In this document: positions 17,850 through 26,250 of the stretch, piece by piece
How the letters are laid out: each line of letters begins with the position of its first letter
How positions within the stretch are numbered: the stretch's first letter is position 1
NCBI GenBank assembly: GCA_043803205.1
Contig: JAZDKG010000044.1
Location: 2,503-66,502, forward strand
DNA from: Planctomycetota bacterium
GTDB taxonomy: Bacteria > Planctomycetota > DG-23 > JAZDKG01
Direction of reading: 5' to 3'
Length of the DNA: 64,000 nt
Program-made: the position numbers and the translations under genes
The notes under the pieces: generated by a model
Databases searched by the model: none
Told to the model about the DNA's origin: nothing
The model's input: only the letters and a program-made list of their open reading frames with translations

Positions 17850-20204
17850 TCAGGGGCTGTGCGATGGCGCAGGCGCGCGTCGAGGCTGCGGATTCGATCG
17901 CGTGTCGGACACGCGCAGCTCCATCTTGATGCGATGTGCGCCGCCGTCGCAGAAATGCTCCGGAACAGCACAACCTTCTACTCGTTCACCATCGATGGTA
18001 AGAAAGGATGGCGTGGCAACTCCCGTTGAAGATTCGCCATTCATGATCACGTCGAACCGCGTGCCGTGGAAGATCAGATTGCGGACGGAGCGCGCGGGCA
18101 GTTCGATGTCCTCGAAGGAGAGCTTACCATCGTCGGTGCGCACGCCAACCCGGGACAGGATGAGGTCTACGGCGTGACCCGCAGTCTCTGTGTACGCCCA
18201 GCCGCGCACCCAGTCGTTGTGCGGTCCCCACGCCTCCTGGGGGCCGTGCTTGAAGAGGGCGGCGAAGGTGCGCTCCCGAAGGGCGCGGCTCTCGCCTCGC
18301 AGGCCTTGCACGCGCAGGCCCTCGATCACGGGATGGTTGAGATACATCCACACGCCTCCGTCCCACCATCTGTTGGCGAAGTGGGGGTCGTTCAAGGCGA
18401 TTGTGGGGATCGGCGCCTCCGTCCAGAACTCGTCGGCATTGAAGAGGTGCTTGAGGAGGGCGCCCGTCTGTTCGTTGTCGGGGAAACCGCCGAAGAAGGC
18501 GACAAAGGCGTCGGCGGCGAGGATGTCGATGCGCTCATCTTTCGTTTCGTCCCGCACGAGGTAGATGCCCCGCGCGGGGTCCCAGAGTTTGAGGTTCGCA
18601 GCGGTTCGGATGGCGTCGGCGCCGGCGTCGAAGGCCTCGGCGTCGGAAGCGCGGCCGAGGACGCGCGCGATGGCGGCGAGGCTGCGGTAGTCCCGACTGA
18701 CGCAGGCGGAGTCCCCCACGCCGACGACGGAACGGGAGTCGGGAGTCGACCGACGGGTGATTTCGTCTGATTCCCCGATGAGGCCCGAGGAGGCGCGGCG
18801 GAGGTTGTCGCCGTCGGCATCGTACTGTCGCATGGTGCCCTCGACTTGGGCGACGGCTCGATCGTAGAAGCGCGCAAGGAAGTCCTTGTCGCCCGTAAGC
18901 TCGTACGTCTTCCAGATCTGCCAGGCGGTGTTCGTGCATTGCCCCGCCGAAGCCCCGCTGACGGCGAACTGGTTCTCGAGAATGCTGTCGACGAAAGCGG
19001 GATAGACGAAACGCATGCCGATAATCGCCATGATCTCGTCCCATTGCCAATAGCCGATGTAGTTGTACTTCGCGTCAGGGATGAGGCTTGCGCTGGCGAA
19101 GCCGGGGGCGTCGCCGGGGACGGTCGCCTGAAAGAGGGTCTGGGTGCAGGAGTAGTAGAGCTGGGCAAGCGGATCGTCGCCCTCGGGCTGAGGGCCGTTG
19201 GAAAGCAGGGCGTTCCACAACCCCTGCACCTCGGCGGCGGCGGCGGAATAATCGCGAGCCAAAGCGGCTTCGGCGCGCGTGCGAGCCTCCTCGGCGCTTG
19301 TCGTGCTCAGTCCAAGGGCGACCTTGAACTTGAGCGTTTCCCCCGGCGAGAGGTCGCCTGGAAGGAGAAGCGCGAAGGAGACGGGCTGGGAGTTGTCGGC
19401 GAGAGTTGCCTCCGAGGGTCCGACGGCTGAATGCAACAGCATCTGGGTGAGCGCTTCTCTGGGCGTGCCTTGACAGGCGAGGCCCTGCGGGACAGGACGG
19501 CTCAGAACCCAGCAGGAATAGAAGGTGACTTGCTTGCGGGTGGGAAGGTCCACAAAGGTGTCGGAGCTCTCGGCGAGGGAGCGCGCCGGGTCCACCCGCA
19601 TATGTCTGGGGACCTTGGGATCCCGGCACATGTAGGCCGGCGATCCCGCGAAACCTTCGTGGGCGCCGAAGGCGGCAAGGCTGATCCGCAAGGCCGTGGG
19701 ACTCGGGTTCGCGAGTTCGATCTCGGAGAGCACGGAGTCGGGGGTTGGCATGGTGGTGCGGGCGCTGGCGGACAGGTTGGCGGGTTCGCCTTTGAGTTTG
19801 TCGATCGCTCCGGAGGTGACGAGTTCATGGGGCGCCCAGACTCTGCCCCGGAAAGGATTGACGGGCTTTGCATCGTCGAGGACTACGACTGCGAAGGCGG
19901 GGTTCAGATTCCATGCGGTGAAAGACCGCACGTAGCCGATGGGAGCGCACTCGCCGCCGAGTTCCTTGTCCTGCCAGAGCGCGGGTCCCCTGGCGGCGAC
20001 ACCGCAGAGGGAGAGGGGGAGCGAAAGAGTCTCGTGTCCCGGCGCGTCGCGCAGAAAGTCGCAGTAGTCGCGAAGGATCCCTCCGCTATAGCGGGCGGGC
20101 TCGGTCTCGAGAAGACAAGCCGGCCTTGCCTCTCCACCCTCTTGTGCCAACAAAGGCAAGGAGAAAAGAAGAACGATGAGAGGAAGCGCATGCTTGGTTA
20201 TCAC
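17850..20204 (-). CDS. Secreted six-hairpin (alpha/alpha)6 glycoside hydrolase, GH63 / MGH1-like
   Basis: The GTG at 20204 is preceded by GGAGG and yields the signal peptide ITKHALPLIVLLFSLPLLAQ. Also has a YIGYWQWDEIMAIIG motif (WxWD of GH63-like enzymes) and a long alpha-helical catalytic region. The track start at 20345 (TTG) is probably too long. Confidence 0.7.
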   Translation of the reverse strand: MITKHALPLIVLLFSLPLLAQEGGEARPACLLETEPARYSGGILRDYCDFLRDAPGHETLSLPLSLCGVAARGPALWQDKELGGECAPIGYVRSFTAWNLNPAFAVVVLDDAKPVNPFRGRVWAPHELVTSGAIDKLKGEPANLSASARTTMPTPDSVLSEIELANPSPTALRISLAAFGAHEGFAGSPAYMCRDPKVPRHMRVDPARSLAESSDTFVDLPTRKQVTFYSCWVLSRPVPQGLACQGTPREALTQMLLHSAVGPSEATLADNSQPVSFALLLPGDLSPGETLKFKVALGLSTTSAEEARTRAEAALARDYSAAAAEVQGLWNALLSNGPQPEGDDPLAQLYYSCTQTLFQATVPGDAPGFASASLIPDAKYNYIGYWQWDEIMAIIGMRFVYPAFVDSILENQFAVSGASAGQCTNTAWQIWKTYELTGDKDFLARFYDRAVAQVEGTMRQYDADGDNLRRASSGLIGESDEITRRSTPDSRSVVGVGDSACVSRDYRSLAAIARVLGRASDAEAFDAGADAIRTAANLKLWDPARGIYLVRDETKDERIDILAADAFVAFFGGFPDNEQTGALLKHLFNADEFWTEAPIPTIALNDPHFANRWWDGGVWMYLNHPVIEGLRVQGLRGESRALRERTFAALFKHGPQEAWGPHNDWVRGWAYTETAGHAVDLILSRVGVRTDDGKLSFEDIELPARSVRNLIFHGTRFDVIMNGESSTGVATPSFLTIDGERVEGCAVPEHFCDGGAHRIKMELRVSDTRSNPQPRRAPAPSHSP

Positions 20205-20361
20205 GTTGAGCCTCCACGCGAGGAGCTCTCCCGGCGGAGACGACCCCCGCAATGTAGCTGTTCGTCCCCCAAGGGGCAAGGGAGGGGTGCGGAGCCTTGC
20301 AGCAATGGTCAATGCGCTGTATGATTCAAGAACATGATGGAACAATCGGTGTATTAGGGGC

Positions 20362-20390
20362 TTGACCGGCAGGACAGAGGGCAGTAATCT
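20362..20390 (+). promoter_or_regulatory. Sigma70-like promoter candidate (TTGACC-N17-TAATCT) for the ATPase-kinase operon
   Basis: Hexamers at 20362-20367 and 20385-20390, about 125 nt upstream of the ATG at 20515. Confidence 0.35.
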
Positions 20391-20514
20391 TATCTGTCAG
20401 GGGGAGGCTGGGAGTTCGAGGTACGGAGGGGGCGGCTCGGTTTTGGTGTGTGACGGGGGCGGCTGGCGATAGGCTCGGAAACGGAAGGTCGGCCTGAAGA
20501 GGGGATCGTACGGG

Positions 20515-22497
20515 ATGACAACGGACGCCAAGAAGGGCAAGTTCGGGGAACTCCTGGTACAGGCTGGGCTCGTTACGCAGGCCCAGCTCGATCAGGCGCT
20601 CCAGGTTCAGAAAGAGCAGGAGGACCGCCAGAGCATCGGGAGGATCTTGGTCGATCTGGGGTATCTGACACAGAGGAGACTGCGCGGGGCGGCGAAGAGG
20701 TTCGGGAAGCGCTTGCTCGTCGGGGAGCTTCTGGTGACGGAGGGGGCGATCACGCGCAAGCAATTGGAGAAAGCTCTGCGGGAGCATAAGGCGACCGGGC
20801 ACTCGTTGGGGAAGGTCCTCGTCGGCGCAGGCGTCGTGAGCGAGGATGACCTCGCTCGGGCGTTGGGCAGACAGCTCGATATGCCATATATGGTTCCGCA
20901 CGCCGGGATGGTTGACATGCAGGTGTTCACCCGCTTGCCGGAGCAATTCATCCGGAGCAACTCGGTGCTTCCCGTCGCGGAGAAGGACGGGGAGGTCACG
21001 GTGGTGGTGGCGGACCCCGTGGACGGCGGGCTCATCCAGAGACTGGAGAAGGTGCTGGGGGAGAACCTGCGTCTGACTACGTCCAGCAAGTCCCGCATCG
21101 ACAAGGTGATCGAGGAGTTGATGTTCCGGAGGGAACTGGGCATCGGCGCGCAGGGGATGCCGGAGGATGAGGAGGGGACGGCCTCCGTCAGCCTGTCGAT
21201 CGACAGCGTGTCGATGACGGGCGGACGCGGCGAGCGGGGCCACGAGAGCATCTTCGACGGGATCCTGCTGGACGCGGTGAAGAAAAAGGCGTCGGACATC
21301 CATTTCGAGCCCCAGCGGGACCGCGTGCGGGTCCGCTATCGCATCGACGGGATGCTCGTGGACGTGACGCGGGTCCCGCTTTCGCTGGCGGGCCCCTTTG
21401 TGCGACGCGCTAAGGCGCTGGCAAGGCTCAGCAGCTACGAGACCCGCAAGCAGCAGGAGGGGAGACTGTCGGTCGAGGTGGATGGAGAGCAGTTCGACCT
21501 GAGGGTTGGCACGTTTCCGTCGATCTTCGGCGAGACCATGGCGATCCATTGTTTCTCACGGGAGATCGGCAGGAGGAGGAGGCTGGACGACCTGGGGATG
21601 CACCCGGGGGTGCTGGCGACCTTCCGAGCTTCGGTCGAGCGCAGCCTCGGCGCGACGCTCTTTGTCGGACCGACGGGTTCGGGCAAGACGACGACCTTTT
21701 ATACGGTCCTGAGTCATCTAAACGACGGAACGCGGAAGATTATTTCTGTGGAGGCCCCGGTGGAGCTGACCCTGGAGGGGGTCGTCCAGCACAGCCTTCA
21801 GGAATACGAGCCGGCTGAAATGGTCGGGGGACTGCTGAGCGCGATGCAGCACGATCCGGACGTCATCGCGCTGGGCGCGATCGTGTCGGACGAGGTGGCG
21901 GAAAAGCTCCTCGAGGTGGCGATGATGGGACACAAGGTGTTCTCCACCATGCATGCGGAGGACGCTGTGAGCGCGCTCGTGCGGCTACGGAACCTGCGCG
22001 GCACCGGCTCGTTCCTCGCGTGCTGCACGATCGTCCTGGTGGCGCAGGTCCTCGCGCGCAGGACCTGCCGGCGCTGCGCCGAAGTCTACATCCCGTCCCC
22101 GAAACTCGTGAGCGAGTTCGAGGTCAAAGACGTGGATCTGGACGCAATCGATTTCCGCCGGGGGATCGGTTGCTCCGATTGCATGGGCACGGGCTTCCGG
22201 GGCAGGACCGCCATCTTCGAGGTGATGGAGGCCGGGGCGGAGATGCAGAAAGCCCTGCGCGAGGGGACAAACGTGCGGGAGATCCGACACGCGATGCGCA
22301 AGGGACCGAAGTTCGTCTCTCTGCGACAGGCGGGGTTCCTCAAGGCGGCTCAGGGACTGACAACCCTTGAAGAGGTGGCGCGGGTGATGGCGCCGGCGCG
22401 CGAGGAGGGTCTGGGCGGGGAGGCGCGTACCCTCGATGAGCTTTGCCGCTTGGCAAACGTCACCGTGGGACAGGGGTTCCGGGAAAGGAAGGGGTAG
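20515..22497 (+). CDS. Type II secretion / type IV pilus-family ATPase (GspE/PilB/MshE-like) with tandem MshEN/T2SSE_N motifs
   Basis: Walker A GPTGSGKTTT and Walker B/Asp box (PDVIALGAI). C-terminal tetracysteine module CRRCAEVY...CSDCMGTGFRGRTAIFEV. Four N-terminal 24-aa [RK]xGxxLVxxGxxxxxxLxxALxxQ-like motifs at residues 9-120. Confidence 0.85.
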   Translation: MTTDAKKGKFGELLVQAGLVTQAQLDQALQVQKEQEDRQSIGRILVDLGYLTQRRLRGAAKRFGKRLLVGELLVTEGAITRKQLEKALREHKATGHSLGKVLVGAGVVSEDDLARALGRQLDMPYMVPHAGMVDMQVFTRLPEQFIRSNSVLPVAEKDGEVTVVVADPVDGGLIQRLEKVLGENLRLTTSSKSRIDKVIEELMFRRELGIGAQGMPEDEEGTASVSLSIDSVSMTGGRGERGHESIFDGILLDAVKKKASDIHFEPQRDRVRVRYRIDGMLVDVTRVPLSLAGPFVRRAKALARLSSYETRKQQEGRLSVEVDGEQFDLRVGTFPSIFGETMAIHCFSREIGRRRRLDDLGMHPGVLATFRASVERSLGATLFVGPTGSGKTTTFYTVLSHLNDGTRKIISVEAPVELTLEGVVQHSLQEYEPAEMVGGLLSAMQHDPDVIALGAIVSDEVAEKLLEVAMMGHKVFSTMHAEDAVSALVRLRNLRGTGSFLACCTIVLVAQVLARRTCRRCAEVYIPSPKLVSEFEVKDVDLDAIDFRRGIGCSDCMGTGFRGRTAIFEVMEAGAEMQKALREGTNVREIRHAMRKGPKFVSLRQAGFLKAAQGLTTLEEVARVMAPAREEGLGGEARTLDELCRLANVTVGQGFRERKG

Positions 22498-22501
22498 AAC
22501 G

Positions 22502-25500
22502 GTGGGGAGAGCCCGAAGAAAAAAGGCGGAGCGACACCTCGCGGCCGGACAGTGGGAAGAGGCCGTCGCGCTGTACCGCAAAGACAAGGCTTGGGACGCC
22601 CTCGCCGACGCGCATGAGAAACGGGGCGAATACCTCGAGGCGGCGGAGGCCGCAAAGGAGGCGCGACAGAGCGAGAGGGCGGCGGAGCTCTACGAAAAGG
22701 CGGGGGCGTACCGTCAGGCCGCGGAGATCTGGATCTCCATGTCGCGGGGAGAGCGGGCGGCCGTCGCCCTCGAAAAGGCGAAGCACTTCGAAGCTGCGGC
22801 GGACGTCTACGCGCGGATCGGCAGGCCGGCACAGGCGGCCGCCATGCTGGCCAGCGCGGGAAAGCATGCGGAGGCGGGGAAGCTCTACGAGCAGGCGGCG
22901 GAATTCGCCAGCGCCCTCGAAATGTACGAGTTGGCGAATCAGCCGGAGCGCATGGCTGTGATGTTGGAGGGATTGAACGATTTCGAGGGGGCGGCCCGAG
23001 TGCAGCTTCGCATGGGCGAGAAAGGCAAGGCCGCCGAGCTTTTCGAGCGGGCGCAGCGACCCATCGAAGCGGCCCAGTGTTACCTCGAACTGGGGGAGTT
23101 TCGCAAGGCGGGTGAGCTTCTAGCGGGGGCGGAACATGTCCTGGCGGCCGCCGAGGCCTATGAAAAGGACGAGACGACTCTCGGACAGGCTGCGGAGCTT
23201 TTCCGGACCGTGCTGCGGGGAGAGGAAGCTTGGCGGCAAGAAGTGCAGGGGCCGGCCCTCTGCCTCGGCATGTCGGAGTGCGGCCGGTTCATCGGCGTGG
23301 GGGCGGCTCAGAAGTTGAGGATGTTCGACGAGGAGGGCGAGCTTCTCTGGTGCTTCGTTCCGACTTGGGGCGGAGAGCCGCGGTGCTTGGCCGTCTCGCC
23401 GGCGGGTCTTGTGGCGCTCGGGTGCGACGACGAGTATCTGTACCTCCTCACGACGGAAAAAAAACTCCTCTGGGCTCAGAAGCTCCCGGGAGAGGCGATG
23501 AAGGTGAGCATGGATGCCGAGGGCAAGGTGATCGCATGCGTCACCCGGGGAAACGAGCTCGTGTGTCTCAGCGGCGATGGCAATCGGAAGTGGAATCATC
23601 ATGAAGAGAGCATCATCTGGGACGTGTCGGTGGCGCGGGACGGCAAAATGATCGCTCTGGGTCTGGGGGACGGCCGGTGCGTGGTGATGACGGAGCGCGG
23701 CGAGAAGGTGGGGGAGTACCAGGCGGCCAAGTGGGTGCACAGCGTGTCCCTGGGGGACCGAGGGTCCTGTGTCGCGTTGGGGACGGGGATGCAGGGGGTG
23801 GAGCTTGTGGCCGGCGAGACGTGGCGACCGGTGTGGTCGGTGCAGGGGGAGAGCTTCGTTCACAACGTGGCTCTGACCGCGGATCGCAAGGTGCTGGCGG
23901 TGGCGGATGCGGAGGCGGTCCTGCGGGACGAGTCCGGGACGGTGATCTGGAGGTACGACGGGCAGGAGCGACTTCTGGGGGGATGCGTGGATGCGGCCTT
24001 GACGCGCGCCGCGTTTCGATGCGCGGGCAAGAAGGTCCTGCGCGTGAACGTGGGCGACTGCAGGGTGCAGGCGGCGCGGGACTTCGCGGGCGCCGGGAAA
24101 CAACGCGAGGCGGGAGAGCTGTACGAGGAAATGGGCGATCACGAGGCCGCGGCGGAGATGTTCAGCCAGGCCGGGGATTACGCGCGCGCCGGGCACAACA
24201 CGGAGAGCGCGGGACTCTCCCTCGAGGCGGCGGAACTGTACGAGCGGGCGGGTGAGTTCGAGAAGGCGGGGAAGCTCTTCGAGGGGCAGGGCGAGCTCGC
24301 GCGCGGGGCGGTGTGTTTCAAGAAGGCGGGAGAGCTTCTCAAAGCGGCGGAGCTCTACGAGCGCAGCGGCGACCTCGAGAAGGCCTGCGAGCTCTTCGAG
24401 CAGGGAAAAGAGCACGGGAAGGCTGGAGCGCTTTACCGGGCGCTCGGCGACAGGACGGGGGCCATCCGGGCGCTCTCGTGTCACGTGGAGGCGCATCCCG
24501 AGGACTGGGAGAGACGCTTCGAGCTGGGGACGCTTCTGGAGGCCGACGGACAGTACGACCTCGCTCTCGGACAGTTCCAGCAGACGGCGGGCATCGAAGA
24601 GTGCCGTAAGAGGGCGGTCGTGCACGTGGCGGGGTGCTTCATGGGGAAGGGGATGTACGAGATCGCCGTCGAGCGCTACAAGGCCGCCATCGAGGGGAGC
24701 GAGGCCGTCACGTGGGAAAACCGGGAGGTCTATTACGGGCTGGGCAGGGCCTACCACCTCGCGGGACACTACCCGGAAGCGAAGCGAATCTACGAGAGCA
24801 TCCTCGCGATCGACTACCGTTACAAGGATGTCGCCGAGCGCCTGGAGGACGTGCGAAAGCTGAGCTCCGTATTCGGGCAGTCGGCGGCCGCCTCGCAGAT
24901 GGGAAGCTACGCCAGCACGATGGTCGCGGATCCGGGCTTCCAGAACCTCTCGGCCGAGAAGAAGGAAAGGTACGTCCCGCTCCGCAAGCTGGGCGAAGGG
25001 GGCATGGGCACGGTCTACCTCGCCGAGGACAAGCGGCTCAATCGGAAAGTGGCCCTCAAGATGCTTGCCGCGGGGCTGCGTGCAGACGAGAAGATGCGGC
25101 TCCGGATCGTCCAGGAGGCCCAGCTCAGCGCGCAGGTCGTCCACCCGAACGTGGTCGCCGTCTTCGACGTGGGCGAAGAGCAGGGCTGCTCCTACGTGAG
25201 CATGGAATACGTGGAGGGCGACACCCTTCGCGACCTCCTCGAAGAGAAGGAAACTTACACCCCCGGCGAGTGCGTGGAGCTTCTCCTGCAGATCACGGGC
25301 GGACTTGCGTGCGCTCATGAGAAAGGCGTGTCCCACCGGGACATGAAGCCCGAAAACATCATGGTGACGAAGAACGGGACCGCAAAGATCATGGATTTCG
25401 GACTGGCGATCCTTGCCGGCGCGACGAGGCTCACCATGCCCGGCGGGGTCAGCGGGACTCCTCTCTACATGGCGCCTGAGCAGATCCGCGGGGAGTCCAA

Positions 25501-25765
25501 GCTCACCCCGGCCGTGGACGTGTACGCGGTGGGCTGCCTCGCGTATGAGCTTCTTGTGGGACGACCGCCCTTCGCGCAGGGGAACGTCGCGACGCAGCAC
25601 CTGCATCAGCCGCCCAAGAGTCTGAGGGAGCTGCGCCCCGAGGTGCCCGAGGCCCTGGAGGGAGTGATCCTCAAGTGCCTCGAGAAAGAGCCGGCGGACC
25701 GGTATGCAAACGGGGGAAGCCTCTACGCCGCCCTCCAGGAGGTGGCGAGAGGCTTGGGGGCATAG
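22502..25765 (+). CDS. Multidomain Ser/Thr protein kinase: 13-residue helical repeats - beta-propeller - 13-residue repeats - TPR - C-terminal Hanks kinase
   Basis: The GTG at 22502 lies 4 nt after the ATPase stop, behind AAGGAAGGGG; the ATG at 22436 would overlap the ATPase by 62 nt. Kinase motifs are GEGGMGTVY, VALK, HRDMKPENI, DFG and APE. No TM segment. Confidence 0.85.
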   Translation: MGRARRKKAERHLAAGQWEEAVALYRKDKAWDALADAHEKRGEYLEAAEAAKEARQSERAAELYEKAGAYRQAAEIWISMSRGERAAVALEKAKHFEAAADVYARIGRPAQAAAMLASAGKHAEAGKLYEQAAEFASALEMYELANQPERMAVMLEGLNDFEGAARVQLRMGEKGKAAELFERAQRPIEAAQCYLELGEFRKAGELLAGAEHVLAAAEAYEKDETTLGQAAELFRTVLRGEEAWRQEVQGPALCLGMSECGRFIGVGAAQKLRMFDEEGELLWCFVPTWGGEPRCLAVSPAGLVALGCDDEYLYLLTTEKKLLWAQKLPGEAMKVSMDAEGKVIACVTRGNELVCLSGDGNRKWNHHEESIIWDVSVARDGKMIALGLGDGRCVVMTERGEKVGEYQAAKWVHSVSLGDRGSCVALGTGMQGVELVAGETWRPVWSVQGESFVHNVALTADRKVLAVADAEAVLRDESGTVIWRYDGQERLLGGCVDAALTRAAFRCAGKKVLRVNVGDCRVQAARDFAGAGKQREAGELYEEMGDHEAAAEMFSQAGDYARAGHNTESAGLSLEAAELYERAGEFEKAGKLFEGQGELARGAVCFKKAGELLKAAELYERSGDLEKACELFEQGKEHGKAGALYRALGDRTGAIRALSCHVEAHPEDWERRFELGTLLEADGQYDLALGQFQQTAGIEECRKRAVVHVAGCFMGKGMYEIAVERYKAAIEGSEAVTWENREVYYGLGRAYHLAGHYPEAKRIYESILAIDYRYKDVAERLEDVRKLSSVFGQSAAASQMGSYASTMVADPGFQNLSAEKKERYVPLRKLGEGGMGTVYLAEDKRLNRKVALKMLAAGLRADEKMRLRIVQEAQLSAQVVHPNVVAVFDVGEEQGCSYVSMEYVEGDTLRDLLEEKETYTPGECVELLLQITGGLACAHEKGVSHRDMKPENIMVTKNGTAKIMDFGLAILAGATRLTMPGGVSGTPLYMAPEQIRGESKLTPAVDVYAVGCLAYELLVGRPPFAQGNVATQHLHQPPKSLRELRPEVPEALEGVILKCLEKEPADRYANGGSLYAALQEVARGLGA

Positions 25766-25822
25766 GGGACCTTTCGACCAGGAAGTTGCCGGCGATTCCG
25801 CGGACGCGCCGTCGGGCTGGAG

Positions 25823-26221
25823 CTACTTGCCGAGGATCGCGCCGACCCTCCTTAGCAGCCGGTCGCTCTCCACGGGCTTTTCGAGGTAACCCGCGGGCTC
25901 GACGCCGTAGTACGAGCGCACGTCGGCCGCGGAGAAGCGCACGCCGAGCTTTTCCCCGACGCCCGTGAGAAAACACACGGGGATGCGCCGCAGGACCTCG
26001 TCCTGCACAAGCTCATTGAAGATCTCGAAACCGTTCTTCCCGGGCATCTGCACGTCCATGAGGATGAGGTCGGGTTTCTCCTTGCGGGCGGCGGCCAGTC
26101 CCGCGTCTCCGTTGGGCGCGCTCACGACGGTATAGCCGCCTGCTTCGAGCATGGCGGCGACGCCCTGAACGGCGTCCGGCTCATCGTCGACAACCAGGAT
26201 CTTCTTCGGTGCGGGTGGCAT
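25823..26221 (-). CDS. Stand-alone CheY-like response regulator (receiver only), copy 1
   Basis: MPPAPKKILVVDDEPD...DLILMDVQMPGKNG...LEKPV. 132 aa with an AAGGAG RBS, 29 nt downstream of the FHA-GAF kinase. Confidence 0.85.
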   Translation of the reverse strand: MPPAPKKILVVDDEPDAVQGVAAMLEAGGYTVVSAPNGDAGLAAARKEKPDLILMDVQMPGKNGFEIFNELVQDEVLRRIPVCFLTGVGEKLGVRFSAADVRSYYGVEPAGYLEKPVESDRLLRRVGAILGK

Positions 26222-26250
26222 TTCGGGGTCTCCTTTCTCTTGAACTACGC

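Noticed and set aside
23120-25606. 828-aa ORF antisense to the Ser/Thr kinase gene
   Set aside because: It is R/H/L/P-rich low-complexity translation with no motifs, and it lies wholly inside a gene with unambiguous kinase and repeat domains on the other strand. This is a typical high-GC shadow ORF.
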